From NCBI GenBank assembly GCA_048213135.1, contig PS015081.1, positions 168,785 to 232,784 of the forward strand: DNA of 64,000 bases, read 5' to 3'. Source of the DNA: Reclinomonas americana ATCC 50394. Lineage: Eukaryota. The notes under the pieces were generated by a model. That model searched no databases. It worked only from the letters and a program-made list of their open reading frames with translations, and was not told the origin of the DNA. This document shows positions 23,701-34,445 of this stretch, piece by piece (the stretch's first letter is position 1; each line of letters begins with the position of its first letter). A program made the translations under genes and the position numbers.

Positions 23701-25516
23701 GCCGCCGCTGCTGCACGTGTCGCATCATCATGTCAGTGCACACCGCAAGTTCACCTCGCACACAAACACAAACACACACACGCTCACCTGCACTTCCCGG
23801 TTTGGTCGTCGCCGGGGGCGAGTCGCGTGCACGGCCAGTCGGCAACGGCGACTCTGGCAGATCCTCACTGCCGTCATCGTGACTGGTGTCGTCGTCCTTG
23901 GTGCCGCCACTCACGGGCTTCTTCTTGCCATCGTCGCCCTTGCCGCCTTTCTTCCCTCTCCGATGCCCATCATCATCGTCGTCGTCATCATCGTACTCAT
24001 CGTCGTCGCCGTCGTCATCTTCGTCGTCATCGGCGGCGGCTCGTCCCGAAGCCGCAGCAGCGGCCGCCGAGCGTTGTTGGGCGGTGCGCTTCAGATCGAT
24101 GCCGAAATCGGCGAGACCCATCACCTGCACATCAGCGGCATCGTCGGCCGGTTTCCCTCGAGATCCACTCGCTGCGACAACACGAGTCAGCACCCGCAGC
24201 GGAGGACTCCCAATCGACACGATTGGCACGCACCTGCAGGCTTGGCAGCAGCTGCTGTTGCCGGTTTCGCAGCACTTGGCTTCTTTTTGTGTCCGGTCTT
24301 CTTCGTCTTTTTCTTTTTCTTCTTCGGATCGTCGGACGAAGCAGTGTCAGAGTCGTCGTGGCCGTCGCCATCGTCATCGTCGTCGTCGTCGTCATCGTCA
24401 TCATCTGACTCTGACGGTGCTGGAGGCACGGCCTTCTTGGTGTATGCTGCGTTCGAGAAAGAAAGAAAGTGAGAAGCAGACGGAAAGTAATTGACAAGCG
24501 AATGCCGTCGGAACTCTTGACATAGTTCTCCAGCACGATCTTCTCCACGCGCAGAAACATCTGACCCTCATACTGGTGATTCAGCTCCAAGTCATTCAAG
24601 TCGTCGTCAATCACGCGCGCCAACTTGACCAGCAGCGCGGGGTTTTCCTGTGCACCAAAACAATTAAACGGTGTTGCTGAACACGAGCGCGTTTCGCTGC
24701 GACGCACGTCGGCCAGAATCAGAATCTGCTCAAAGAGACCCCAGAAGCGCTCCTCGAAGTCCACCGTCAGCTCCTCCACGCGGCGGAAGTATCGCTCGAA
24801 TTCCACACGATACTTGCCAGAGACCTGCCGCCACGTCGATGTGTGTGAGTTTTGCTACGTGACAACATCAGCAAACCCAACGCACCTCTCGCGTCAGGAA
24901 CTCCTTGAGCGTCTCCAGCTTGCGCGTGCGGCGGAACACGTCGTGGATTTGCATGTCGTCGGTCATTTGCGACTGAATGCTGGTAATCTGCGCACGCATT
25001 CGACCGTCACTTGTCTACTGCGCCGCGCACCCGCCACGCCTGCACGCACGCACGCACCTCACTCTCCAGATCCAGGATCTTCTTCAGCTCCGTCATCGTC
25101 TCAAACACGTTGCGCCGAATGTTCTCCACCCGACGAATGAGGTCGTAGTCGCGCACGAGACCGACCGACACGCGATCAAAGCCAGACTCCAGCGACGAGA
25201 ACTCGGTGTCGAGCGACGCCACCGTGCCCTTCACCTGATCGATCTTGCCGACGGCGACCTTGGCCTGCTCCAGCTGCGTCCGCGACAGCGTGCGCAGCTG
25301 GTTCTTGACCTGCTCCAGCTTCTGATCGAAGCGCTGGCGAATGCCCGGCAACCGCGCCAAGTCCTCCGCCGTGCGCAACTGCGACGCCACATCGCGCAGT
25401 GCCGACTCACGTGCATCCGTCTCAAACTCAAACAGATCCGGCTGGCCCAGAAAGCCCACTTCTNNNNNNNNNNNNNNNNNNNNATCCTTCATCCTCTTCC
25501 GGTTCAACACATTCAT
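20705..25516 (-). CDS. SEC6: Exocyst component Sec6/EXOC3 with large low-complexity insertion
   Basis: N-terminal VASQLRTAEDLARL...VKNQLRTLSRTQL, ENPALLVKLARVI, YMCAIVNN and C-terminal FPDTPPELALRVLDAR resemble Sec6; the start could instead be the next ATG near 25492. Confidence 0.78.
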
Positions 25517-25537
25517 GCACACGAACTCGCAGAGCAC

Positions 25538-27858
25538 TTAGCGAGCAGCGGCACCTACAATCACAGGATTCAATCAGCACGAGCACACAGTACGTTCCAC
25601 TCTGCACACACACTACTCACCACCCTGCTGACTCCGGCGGCCGCTTGGTTGTTGCTCCAAGGGACCACCCTCGGCACGGCGTACGGCGGCCTTGGCACGG
25701 TGCACCTCTCGCCTCAATGAGGCCTCCAGCTCCTTGAACTTGCTCTCCTTGATCTCCATCTCCTCGCGCATCGCCAGGAACTCGGCCTCCAGCTCCTTGT
25801 AGGCGTTCTGCGCCACGCGGGAATCGCTGACCTTGGCCTTGTTGACAATCGACACCTTGCGTTCCAGGTGCTGCGAGGGGGCGAATGATGAGTACTTCAC
25901 CATTTTCCTCCCCTGAATGACAGCTCTCTCACTCACCTCAATCGCAGCGTCCTTCTCGCGCACCAGGTCCTCCTTGTCGAGAATGCTCTGTTGGAGAGCG
26001 CGCACCTCGTCTTGCAGCACGTTGTACAGCTTGACCGGTACGAGCTCCTCGCGCTCCTCACGCTTCACTGTCTCCTCCGTGATGCCCTCAACGTCAATGT
26101 CGGCCAGGTCTTGGCGCTCGGCGCGCGGCTTCTTCTTCTGGCCGCCATTGCACGAGGCAAGCGTCTCCAGACGGGCCAGCAGACGCTCAATGCGCAGCTG
26201 CTGCGCGCGAATGGTGCGGTCCTAATGGTGCACGGAGAGAGACAGGTGAGCAAGGACGACGGTGATGATGGCAATGACATTAAGGAGAGGTGTGCGTTAC
26301 CTGCTGGGCGCGGATCTCGCGGCAGCGCTTCAGCTCGTTGTTCAGCACGCTCTTCTCGGTGGTCAGCGCCGTCAGCGATGAGTCCTCGCGGGCCTCCTTC
26401 AGCAGCTTCTCAATCTCCTCGTTCTTCTGCTTCTCAATCGCCTTCAGCTGCTCAATGTGGCGCTGCTGGTCCGGCACCACCACCTGCAACAGGCGGAAGT
26501 GGTGCTATTCGACGGGACGGGAGAGAGACGGGTGATGAGTGTGTGGGAGAGGAGAGAGTGAAGGAAGCGTCACCATCAGTCACATACCTCCATGTCCTTG
26601 TGCTTCTCCTCCAGATCGCCGTACTCGCGAATGCGGGCCGTCAGCTTCTCAATTGCTTGTGTCTTGAGCTCCTGGAAGCGGTACAGCGTCTTGGTCTCCT
26701 CCTTCAGCTCCTCCAGCTTCTTGTTCAACAACGCATTCTGATGGACGCCACGTCAGCAACCCTCGCACACACACACACACACAAGACACAACGTGCAGCT
26801 GGTCGCCGCTGTGTGGCTCACCTCATTCTGCAGCTTCTCCACCTGGTAGTTGAGCTCCAGCTGGTTCGCGCTCTCTTCTGAGCGCTGCTGGCGCTCAAAC
26901 TTGCGCAGCTGCGCCTCCACCTGCGCCTTGGACGCCGCCAGCGACTTCTTCTCGTCCTCGTACGCACGCAGGCGATCCTTCAGTGAGCTGACCTCGGCCT
27001 CAAATTGCAGAGCGCGCTCCGCCAGCTGGCTCTTCTCCTGAAAGCGCACGACGGTTCAACTCTCATATTGAGAGAGGAGGGGTTGAAATATCACCGACAC
27101 AACACACACCTTGGACAACTTGACCAGTGCCTCCTCCTTGGTGCGCAGTGTGTTGTCCATGGCCTTCAGCTCAGCCTCGAGCCTGGCGTGGACAAGAGTG
27201 TGTGAGAGAAGGGACGAAGTTTTGGCGCGCAATGTCGCGTCTTGTCACACACACACACACACACACACACACAAGCACACACACGACAGCGAGCGCGCGC
27301 TCTCTCTCTCTCTCTCTCTCACCCGCGATGAATGAGACAGATAACAAGGCGATCATGAAGAGAGAGAGAGAGCGACAAGGCGAGATGTGAACTGCATCTG
27401 GTTCCCAAAAGGATGAGCGAATGCACACTCTCGAAACACACACAAACGTGCCATCGTTAACAGAACACGCACACGAGCACACACACAGAGAGAGTAAAGT
27501 CGCGTGAGTGTGTGTGTGTGTGCGTGTGGAGAGAGGGCGATTTCGCGAGTGATGGCGCGCTGGCGACCAACACAGAGAGCGTGTGCAGATTCGCACCACA
27601 AGTGCACTCTCCATCACACACGCGCTCGTGCACATTGTGCAGAGAGACAGAGAGAGCGATCGTCATCATCGACACGTCACACACACAAAGCAACGCGAAA
27701 GAGAGTGACCAGTTGAGAGCGACCTGGCGCCATTCCCCAACCAGACACACACACACACTCACACCAACAACAATGACACACACACAGTACCTCTGGCGCT
27801 CGACGTTGGCCTCATGCAAAGCGTCTTGCAACTCGCGGGTGTTGAGGATCGTGTTCAT
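25538..27858 (-). CDS. MAP70-like coiled-coil (putative microtubule-associated) protein
   Basis: Entirely coiled-coil; C-terminal VPVKLYNVLQDEVRALQQSILDKEDLVREKDAAIEHLERKVSIVNKA resembles the plant MAP70 C-terminal motif (LYDxLQKEVxxLRK...KDxAIEMLAKKV). Confidence 0.65.
27185..27790. repeat. CA/GA microsatellite-rich long intron of the MAP70-like gene
   Basis: Multiple (CA)n, (CT)n and (GA)n runs; similar runs fill the intron 2411-2682. Confidence 0.8.
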
Positions 27859-27997
27859 CGCGCACAGCTGCCTCTTCTGATAACAAATTTGCACTCGGGC
27901 GAAAATGAGCGAAGTCCAAAGTCAGAATCGGCGGACTTCGCCCTTCGTCATGCTCAGTCTCCTTTCTCGTGGTTAAGCAATACAATAAAACCATTCA

Positions 27998-29975
27998 CTA
28001 CAACGACCTATTACTTGGTCCGGGCAGCGAGCCGACCGCTGCAGGTCGGGAGCTTGAGGAGGACGAATTCGACGCCGGTATTCTTTGTGCAGCCGTGGCC
28101 ACGGGTCGCGTGTACACCGAGTCGGCGACGGGCGCGACTGCAGCTACGGCGGTGCTCTCTGACGAGTCGCGCTTGCTGGCATCTTCCAGTGCACGCTCCT
28201 GGGGCATCCACAACAGGACGAGCGCGAGTGGAATCACCTCCAGCAATAGCCAGTTGCCCTGCATGTGGTAAACAGTGAGCACGGATCGCAGCTGCCGGCT
28301 TGCATCGACAACAACGCACCACAAAGCTCTCCCAGTAGTCGTTCACTTTGCTGCACGCGCACAGGTGGTCAGTGAATGGAGATTCGCGATACGGAAGAAC
28401 TCCCTGGCACTGATCGGTACGCAACACGGAGACAAAGGACTCCAGCGCAATAAACATGCTGCGTGTGGCAAACACGAGCGTGCAGTAGACCGTCAGCAGC
28501 GTCACCTTGCGCAAAATTGGCGTCAACCGCGTGTTCACGACGGGTATCGACAGTGGTGTGCGTCGTAGCCGGCGGATGAGTTTGATGCCCAGCACCGCGA
28601 ACCCGATGGCGCACGACACGAACAGCATCGCCACATACATGTACACGGCGATACCGAGTGGCCCGAGAAGCGTCGGCGTCTGGTAAGTGAAGTCGTCGTC
28701 GAACACCTCCATGAAAACCTGTCGCACCGATGAGTGGGTGAGCGTGGCGACAAGGATGCGGGTACTGCGTCGTCGAACCCACCAGCATGATGCCGAGAAG
28801 CGTGTATGCCACAATGTTCAACAACAGGAACGTCATGCGTCGTCTGTGCGGGCACGCGGAGAGTGAGGAAAATAACAAGAACGTCGATGTGTGCGGCAGG
28901 GAAGGTACACGCTCGCACCGATGCTGCTTGGGTTTCATGGGCGCCATGGGCGGCACCGCCAGCAGTGTCTCCTGATCGCCCACGTCGCCACCCGTGTGCG
29001 GGACAGCGCCAAACGCAGGCATGCCATGCTCGTCGACAGACACCACCTGGAACTGGCCACTGTCGGAAGCACGCGCCGCCGCACCACTGCCGCCGCTATT
29101 GACCGACGACGTCGACTGCACACGGAACGCAGTCGCCGGCAACGGCAACGAGGCCAGCGACTCACGCAACGCGGCACCAGAGGCGGCCGACACGGGCGAC
29201 GGATCAAAGTGATCGTGCCGTGAGCTCGGAATGCTCGGCTCCAGGAAGATCTTCGGCACCGAGTTGTTCGACACACGAAACGCACGAATCGTCTGGCCCC
29301 TACACACACACGACATATGAGATGAGCACGCCATGCCCAACAACCGGCGCAGCAGCAGCACGCGCGCTTGCGCGACAGACCAGTAGAACAGCACCAGCAG
29401 CTGCACACTGCTAAACATGAGCGCCGGGAACAAATCCAGAGCTGTCGCTCCCGTTGAATGTCTCCATCCATCGGGATCCCGTGGATTCTCATGAAACACC
29501 GAGTCCGTGGCGAAAAAGGCGATACGCACTGCATCGTCACTGAGAACACTGTCTATATTCTTCCGCAAGAGTGTGGTCAGTCAGCACGCAACTCACACTG
29601 GCCAGCACAATCAGCACACACAGAGTCACACGATAGCGACGACCGCGTTGCTTGACGCGTTGCAGAGCACGACGCGATGTCATCAGTGCCGAACTTTCGT
29701 CTGCGAGAAGCGCATGCATGGTGGGCGCCGGGTTTCCTTTGATTGGAGAGACAACAGCGCTCACCCGAGGCCGAGTCTGCATGTTCAGTTCCCGTTCGTC
29801 CACTGGCGGCGGGCAGCTTGAGAAGACGACGAGCGCCGACAATGAGCAGTGCAGTGTAACATGCGCATAACTGAGAAAAGGGATGATGAGTGATGAACAC
29901 TGAGTGAGAGAGGGGGAGAGAAGAGTGGAGGCATACCACGCAGTCGACCACCACAAACTGCACTAACACAGTCAT
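27998..29975 (-). CDS. THH1/TOM1/TOM3-like (GPR137-like) 7-TM protein
   Basis: RIAFF, LDLFPALMFSSVQLLVLFYW, AIGFAVLGIKLIRRL, RKVTLLTVYCTLVFATR, LLEVIPLALVL. Confidence 0.7.
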
Positions 29976-30200
29976 CGCGCACACTGTGCGCGCGTATTGA
30001 GAGGTAAGGAGCCTGATGACTTCACGGTCCTGCGCGAAATCCGACTCAATGCTGATGACCAGTTGCGGCCTACATCGACCAGCTGTGAGCTGCTGACGAG
30101 TCACCGCGTGTCGCCACGCAAAGACGAAACCACGTGAGTGCGTGAAGTCGAAGTTATGCATTCTTTCATTGTTGTTCAGGATTTCCGTCTTTCGGAGACA

Positions 30201-32028
30201 ATGTCGCGCGCATCGCCTTCCCCATCATTAGCCGCGCCTGCGCATCATCTTCCACCTGCACCATCTGGTTTCTGGAACTCCGATCGCCTGATCAAGTACG
30301 GTTGGGGCAGTGTGCGACTCGCCACTCTGCTCCTCCTCTCGCTGCTGTGGCACCAACAGCAGAGAGGCACTGTGGAGCCGCTGCTGGCGTCGTCGCGATG
30401 GGTGCACTACGCGTGCTTTGGAGTCGCCGGCGCACTGGTGAACACGGAGATGTTTCCGATGGCGATCAATGTTGTTCTGTTTGTCGCCGCCGCAGTGGTG
30501 TGGGTGCGCGATGCCACCGTCGACCCCACCATGCTCTTTTACATCACCAAGACCATCGCGGGTGACTTTGTCGCGGGAAAGATCGATACCGCGGCGTGGC
30601 GCGTGGCCACTGGCATTGGTGGAGGAACGCTGGTGATCGTGGCGGTGCAGTTGAGTGTGACGGGCAGTGTGCGCGGCTTGGAGCGATACGGTGCCGTGTG
30701 GATTGCGCTGTTTCTCATTCAGGCGTTTTGCGAGTACGGTGATCGACACTGGGAGACGTGGCGGTTCTTCCGGCATCGCTACTCGTTCGAGGTGTTGACG
30801 GCGGCGCTGCTGTTTCTGTTTCCGCTTGCCGCGCACGAGTTGGCGCTCGTGCACCTCGACCTCGTGGCTTGCCTGTTTTATCGCTTCGGCAACTTTTGCT
30901 TGGTGTGCTTGCGCTTGCCCGCCGCCCGCCGTGCGCTGCAAATGTCGCTGTTTCGCCTGCTGGGACTCGTGCGGGGTGTGCGGGTGATGAATGTCGCGGA
31001 TCCGGCGGTGGCGCGGCGTGTGATGAAGGCGTCGAACCGGAAGGGCTTTGCGTTGGAGATGCGAGTGGCGGTGCCAGCCTGGTCGCCCATTCTGTCGCTG
31101 GAGTCGGTGGATGGCGAGCTGTGGACCTCGATGAAGGCCGACTTTCTCGCTCACGTCGCTCCGCGGACGCCGCCGACGGCCGTCATGCACGACATTGCGA
31201 CAAAGCACGCACGCAGTTTGCTCGCCCGTGGCGGCGACCGTCGGATCGACGCGGTGGTGCTGACGCGGCTATCGCTGCAGTGCTTCATCGAGTATCTGTT
31301 CGACGTGGAGTGGTGTGACGAATTTGAGGTGTTCGTGGAGGCATCGATGGAGTGGCGCAAGGAGCTGGCCATGCGCGGCGCCGCCGACAAGTCCGTGCAG
31401 CACCGTGCCATCGACGTGCTCCTCCGCCGCCTCATTCGACCGAGCGAGCGATGGGCCGGCGTTTTCGGTGCGGAGTGGGAGCAGCCGGCGCGCTTCTCGC
31501 TGCTGCTGCAACCGTACATTATCTCGCCGTCCATCAACACCGGCGATGTTCTCGCCGCCATGCATCTGCATCGGCACGCAGTGCCATCTGCCGACAGCAA
31601 CGCCCACGCAGCGCTGCTCAACCACGCCCTCCGCTCCATGCATCCGTTTCCGATCTTTGAGCGGTTCGTCAGCGAAGCGATCATGGACGACGATCGTGTC
31701 GTTGTGCCTGCCAACACTCAGGTTCGTTCGCAGCAAATGCATTTGCATTCTTATTGCTCTTCTCTCACAGCCATCGCAGGTCGTCATGTTTGCCTCGGAT
31801 ATCATGCACGGCAATGCATGCCCGGTGTTCGGCGCCGGTGAACGCTCCTGCCCCGGCGCCGATCTGGCGACCAAGTACCTCCTCGCCGTCGACAGCGTAC
31901 TGGCAGACGCGCCAGCATACGATCCAACACGAGGACAGACATACAGCGGGCGACACAACGACTCGGTCAGCCCGTGGAGCGAGTTGCCGTACTTTTGGCG
32001 TACAGTGGCAAGAGTTATTCTCAGGTGA
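30201..32028 (+). CDS. Multi-pass membrane domain fused to an atypical compact cytochrome P450 domain; single intron 31722-31779
   Basis: About 240-aa hydrophobic N-terminus; then SLESVDGELW, HALRSMHPFPIFER (K-helix), VPANTQV and FGAGERSCPG (heme-thiolate motif). Confidence 0.75.
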
Positions 32029-32191
32029 TAATGTAGATACGTTAACATGCAGAAAATAGAACGTCGCCGAAAGCGAGGGCCACCAGAGGGTTTAGCAGGC
32101 GATCACGTAGTGAGGAAGAGGCACTCCGATCGCCGCTTGACAGTATTAATAATATTTTAAAGTCCGAGTCGTCGTGTTTTTTCGCAGTGTG

Positions 32192-34227
32192 ATGTCGCAT
32201 TCCTCCTCCTCGCTGGCCATTGTTGGGCCTGCGGAGGCCACAAAGAGCACCGAGTCCCTCCTCTCACGCATCCGCTGGTACATTGGCAGCATCGTCACAC
32301 ACGTCGGCCTCGGCACCTTTCCCGTGTTTGGTCGCTTCACACAGGTCAATGCATTCTCGCTCTCTCCTTGTCTCTCTCTTGCCTCTCTCACACAGTTGAC
32401 ATGCAGCTTGATGAGGGTGTTCCTCCAATTCTCGGCAACCTGATCATCACCTTTCCCGTGTTCCTGGCCCTCTTGCCCGTGTGGATCCCGCAAGGCAAGA
32501 TCAAGGTGTGTGTCAGTCACTGACCCCTCCCAATCAGTCACACACGTGTGACCGCGTAAACGCAGTGGGCTGCGCTGAAACGATGGTCCACCTGGTGCTT
32601 CATGGTGGAAGTCATGCTGGTCAGTGTGTCGCATGCAGCCAGTGATCACGTGAGTGAGTGATTGAGTGACTTGACAGATGTGGTCTTCGGGAGCTTGGGC
32701 GCCGCGGTTAACCTCTCGTTGCGTCTTCCAAAGGTTTCCTTATGTGCTGCCTTGCGTGCTTGCCTCTCACCTGTGCTTCCCTGCAGCGGTGTTCTTCTCC
32801 GGTCTGGCATGCATGCATCTTTGCAGACAGTCTGCTGTGTCGTTGCTGACTCGATCGATCGTGACACGTAGCGGTCATGCTCACGGCGCCGTTCTTGACT
32901 GCACTGCTCGCTCGATGTGTGTACGGTGAACGCATCCCCTCGATCACCAGTTGCGTGTCTTTCGTGCTGCGATGCTCGAGCGCAGTCGTCAGTTTGCCTG
33001 ACCATGTGATTCAGTTTGGACGGCACTGGCGTCGACCTTTGGCACGCTGTTGATGCTGTCCACCAACGTTGCGTGGATCACCTGTACTTCATCGTGCGTT
33101 CAGTGTGTGTGACAGTGAACCCGGCTGCAGTTGTTCTCCGTCGGCTTTAGCGAGTTGACCATGTACGATGCGATTGGCATTGGAGGTGCGTTGCTGTCAT
33201 GCTCGTGGCGTGTGCCTCTCTGATCACTCACTGTCACCCTCGTGCAGTGTCGTTTGGTAATGCCTGTGTGCTGGCCGTGTGGTTTGGTACGTTTGCACCA
33301 GTTTGCGTGTCTCGCTGAAGTGACCCCCGTTGTGACTTGTCCTCGCGTGCAGTGCAAGTGAAGGCGTTGCGAGGAGTGTAAGTCTCGCGTACCCTTCTGT
33401 GCGTGGCAAGTGGGAACGTGTCTCACTGCGGTCGCTCACAGCAATTCCGAAACACTCTTCACCTTCCAGAACATGTCACACATCTTCTACGCACCCCTCG
33501 TGTCGTACCTCTCCAGTGAAGGTCCGTGCGCAGGCACCTGCGCTCCCTACCCAATGCGCTCACCTGGATTGCGCGCAGACTGGACCTTCTGGGCAAGAAT
33601 CACATGGAAGGGCTGGCTTAGCCTTGTATACCAATCCGTGGGTACGTGCGCTGCTGTCGTGTAAGTCACTAGCTGAACGCCACAAGTCCTGACACAACGC
33701 ACACAGGCCTGGTGTGGTTCATCAACTTGTTGCAGATGCGAGTGATTGTGGCAATCGGTGCACCAACGCACAGCAGCCTCATGCCTGTGCGACTGGTGTC
33801 TTCCACGTTTTTCGCCTGGGTGGTGTTGGGGTACGTATGGGTTTTTCAACCGACTAGTACTCGCCTCCCTTGCTTGCAGCTCACGGATTCGCTGTGCAGG
33901 CGCACCATCACAAGTCCGCTGCAGTACACTGGCGCTGCGATTGTGCTGGCCAGTGTGACCGTGTTCCTGCTGGTCCGCCGCCGCCAGCAACTCAAAGCCA
34001 CGCAGCAAGCGGCGGCGACCGGCAGCAGCAGCAGCACGTCGACAACGACCACAGAGACTCTCGATCCGCCAGAAAACGACGTCGAGCTGGCCGACATGCA
34101 CGGCGACAAGCGAACGCTGCTGGACGCACTCGACGAGGCCGACAGCGAAGAGGAGGAGGAGGAAGTCGAGGAAACGGCAAAGGCCGACTCAACGTCGCCT
34201 GCCGAAGTCCACCAACCCGCACGATAG
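32192..34227 (+). CDS. EamA/DMT-superfamily transporter, ~13 exons
   Basis: LTAPFLTALLARCVYGERIP, DAIGIGVSF, SLMPVRLVSSTFFAWVVLG, LQYTGAAIV; two 5-TM repeats and an acidic tail. Confidence 0.8.
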
Positions 34228-34445
34228 CCACGCAGTAGAGAAAACATAATCCATTAGACCAAACTCCAACTATAGTATACGCATAGTATCCGTGTTTCGC
34301 CACGCACTTGCGACGTCGATCACCCCCTGAGCTCGAAGTTCGTTACCAGAAATTGGCAAGCAAAGGTGGCGGGCGTCCGTTGCATTCTCTCCATCGACGA
34401 CACAGGAGCGAGAGAGAGACACTGACCGTCGTCGAGCCTCGAGCC

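Noticed and set aside
30228-32048. Long antisense and alternative-frame ORFs over the P450 (and similar overlaps throughout)
   Set aside because: Expected shadow ORFs in GC-rich coding DNA; no recognisable motifs.
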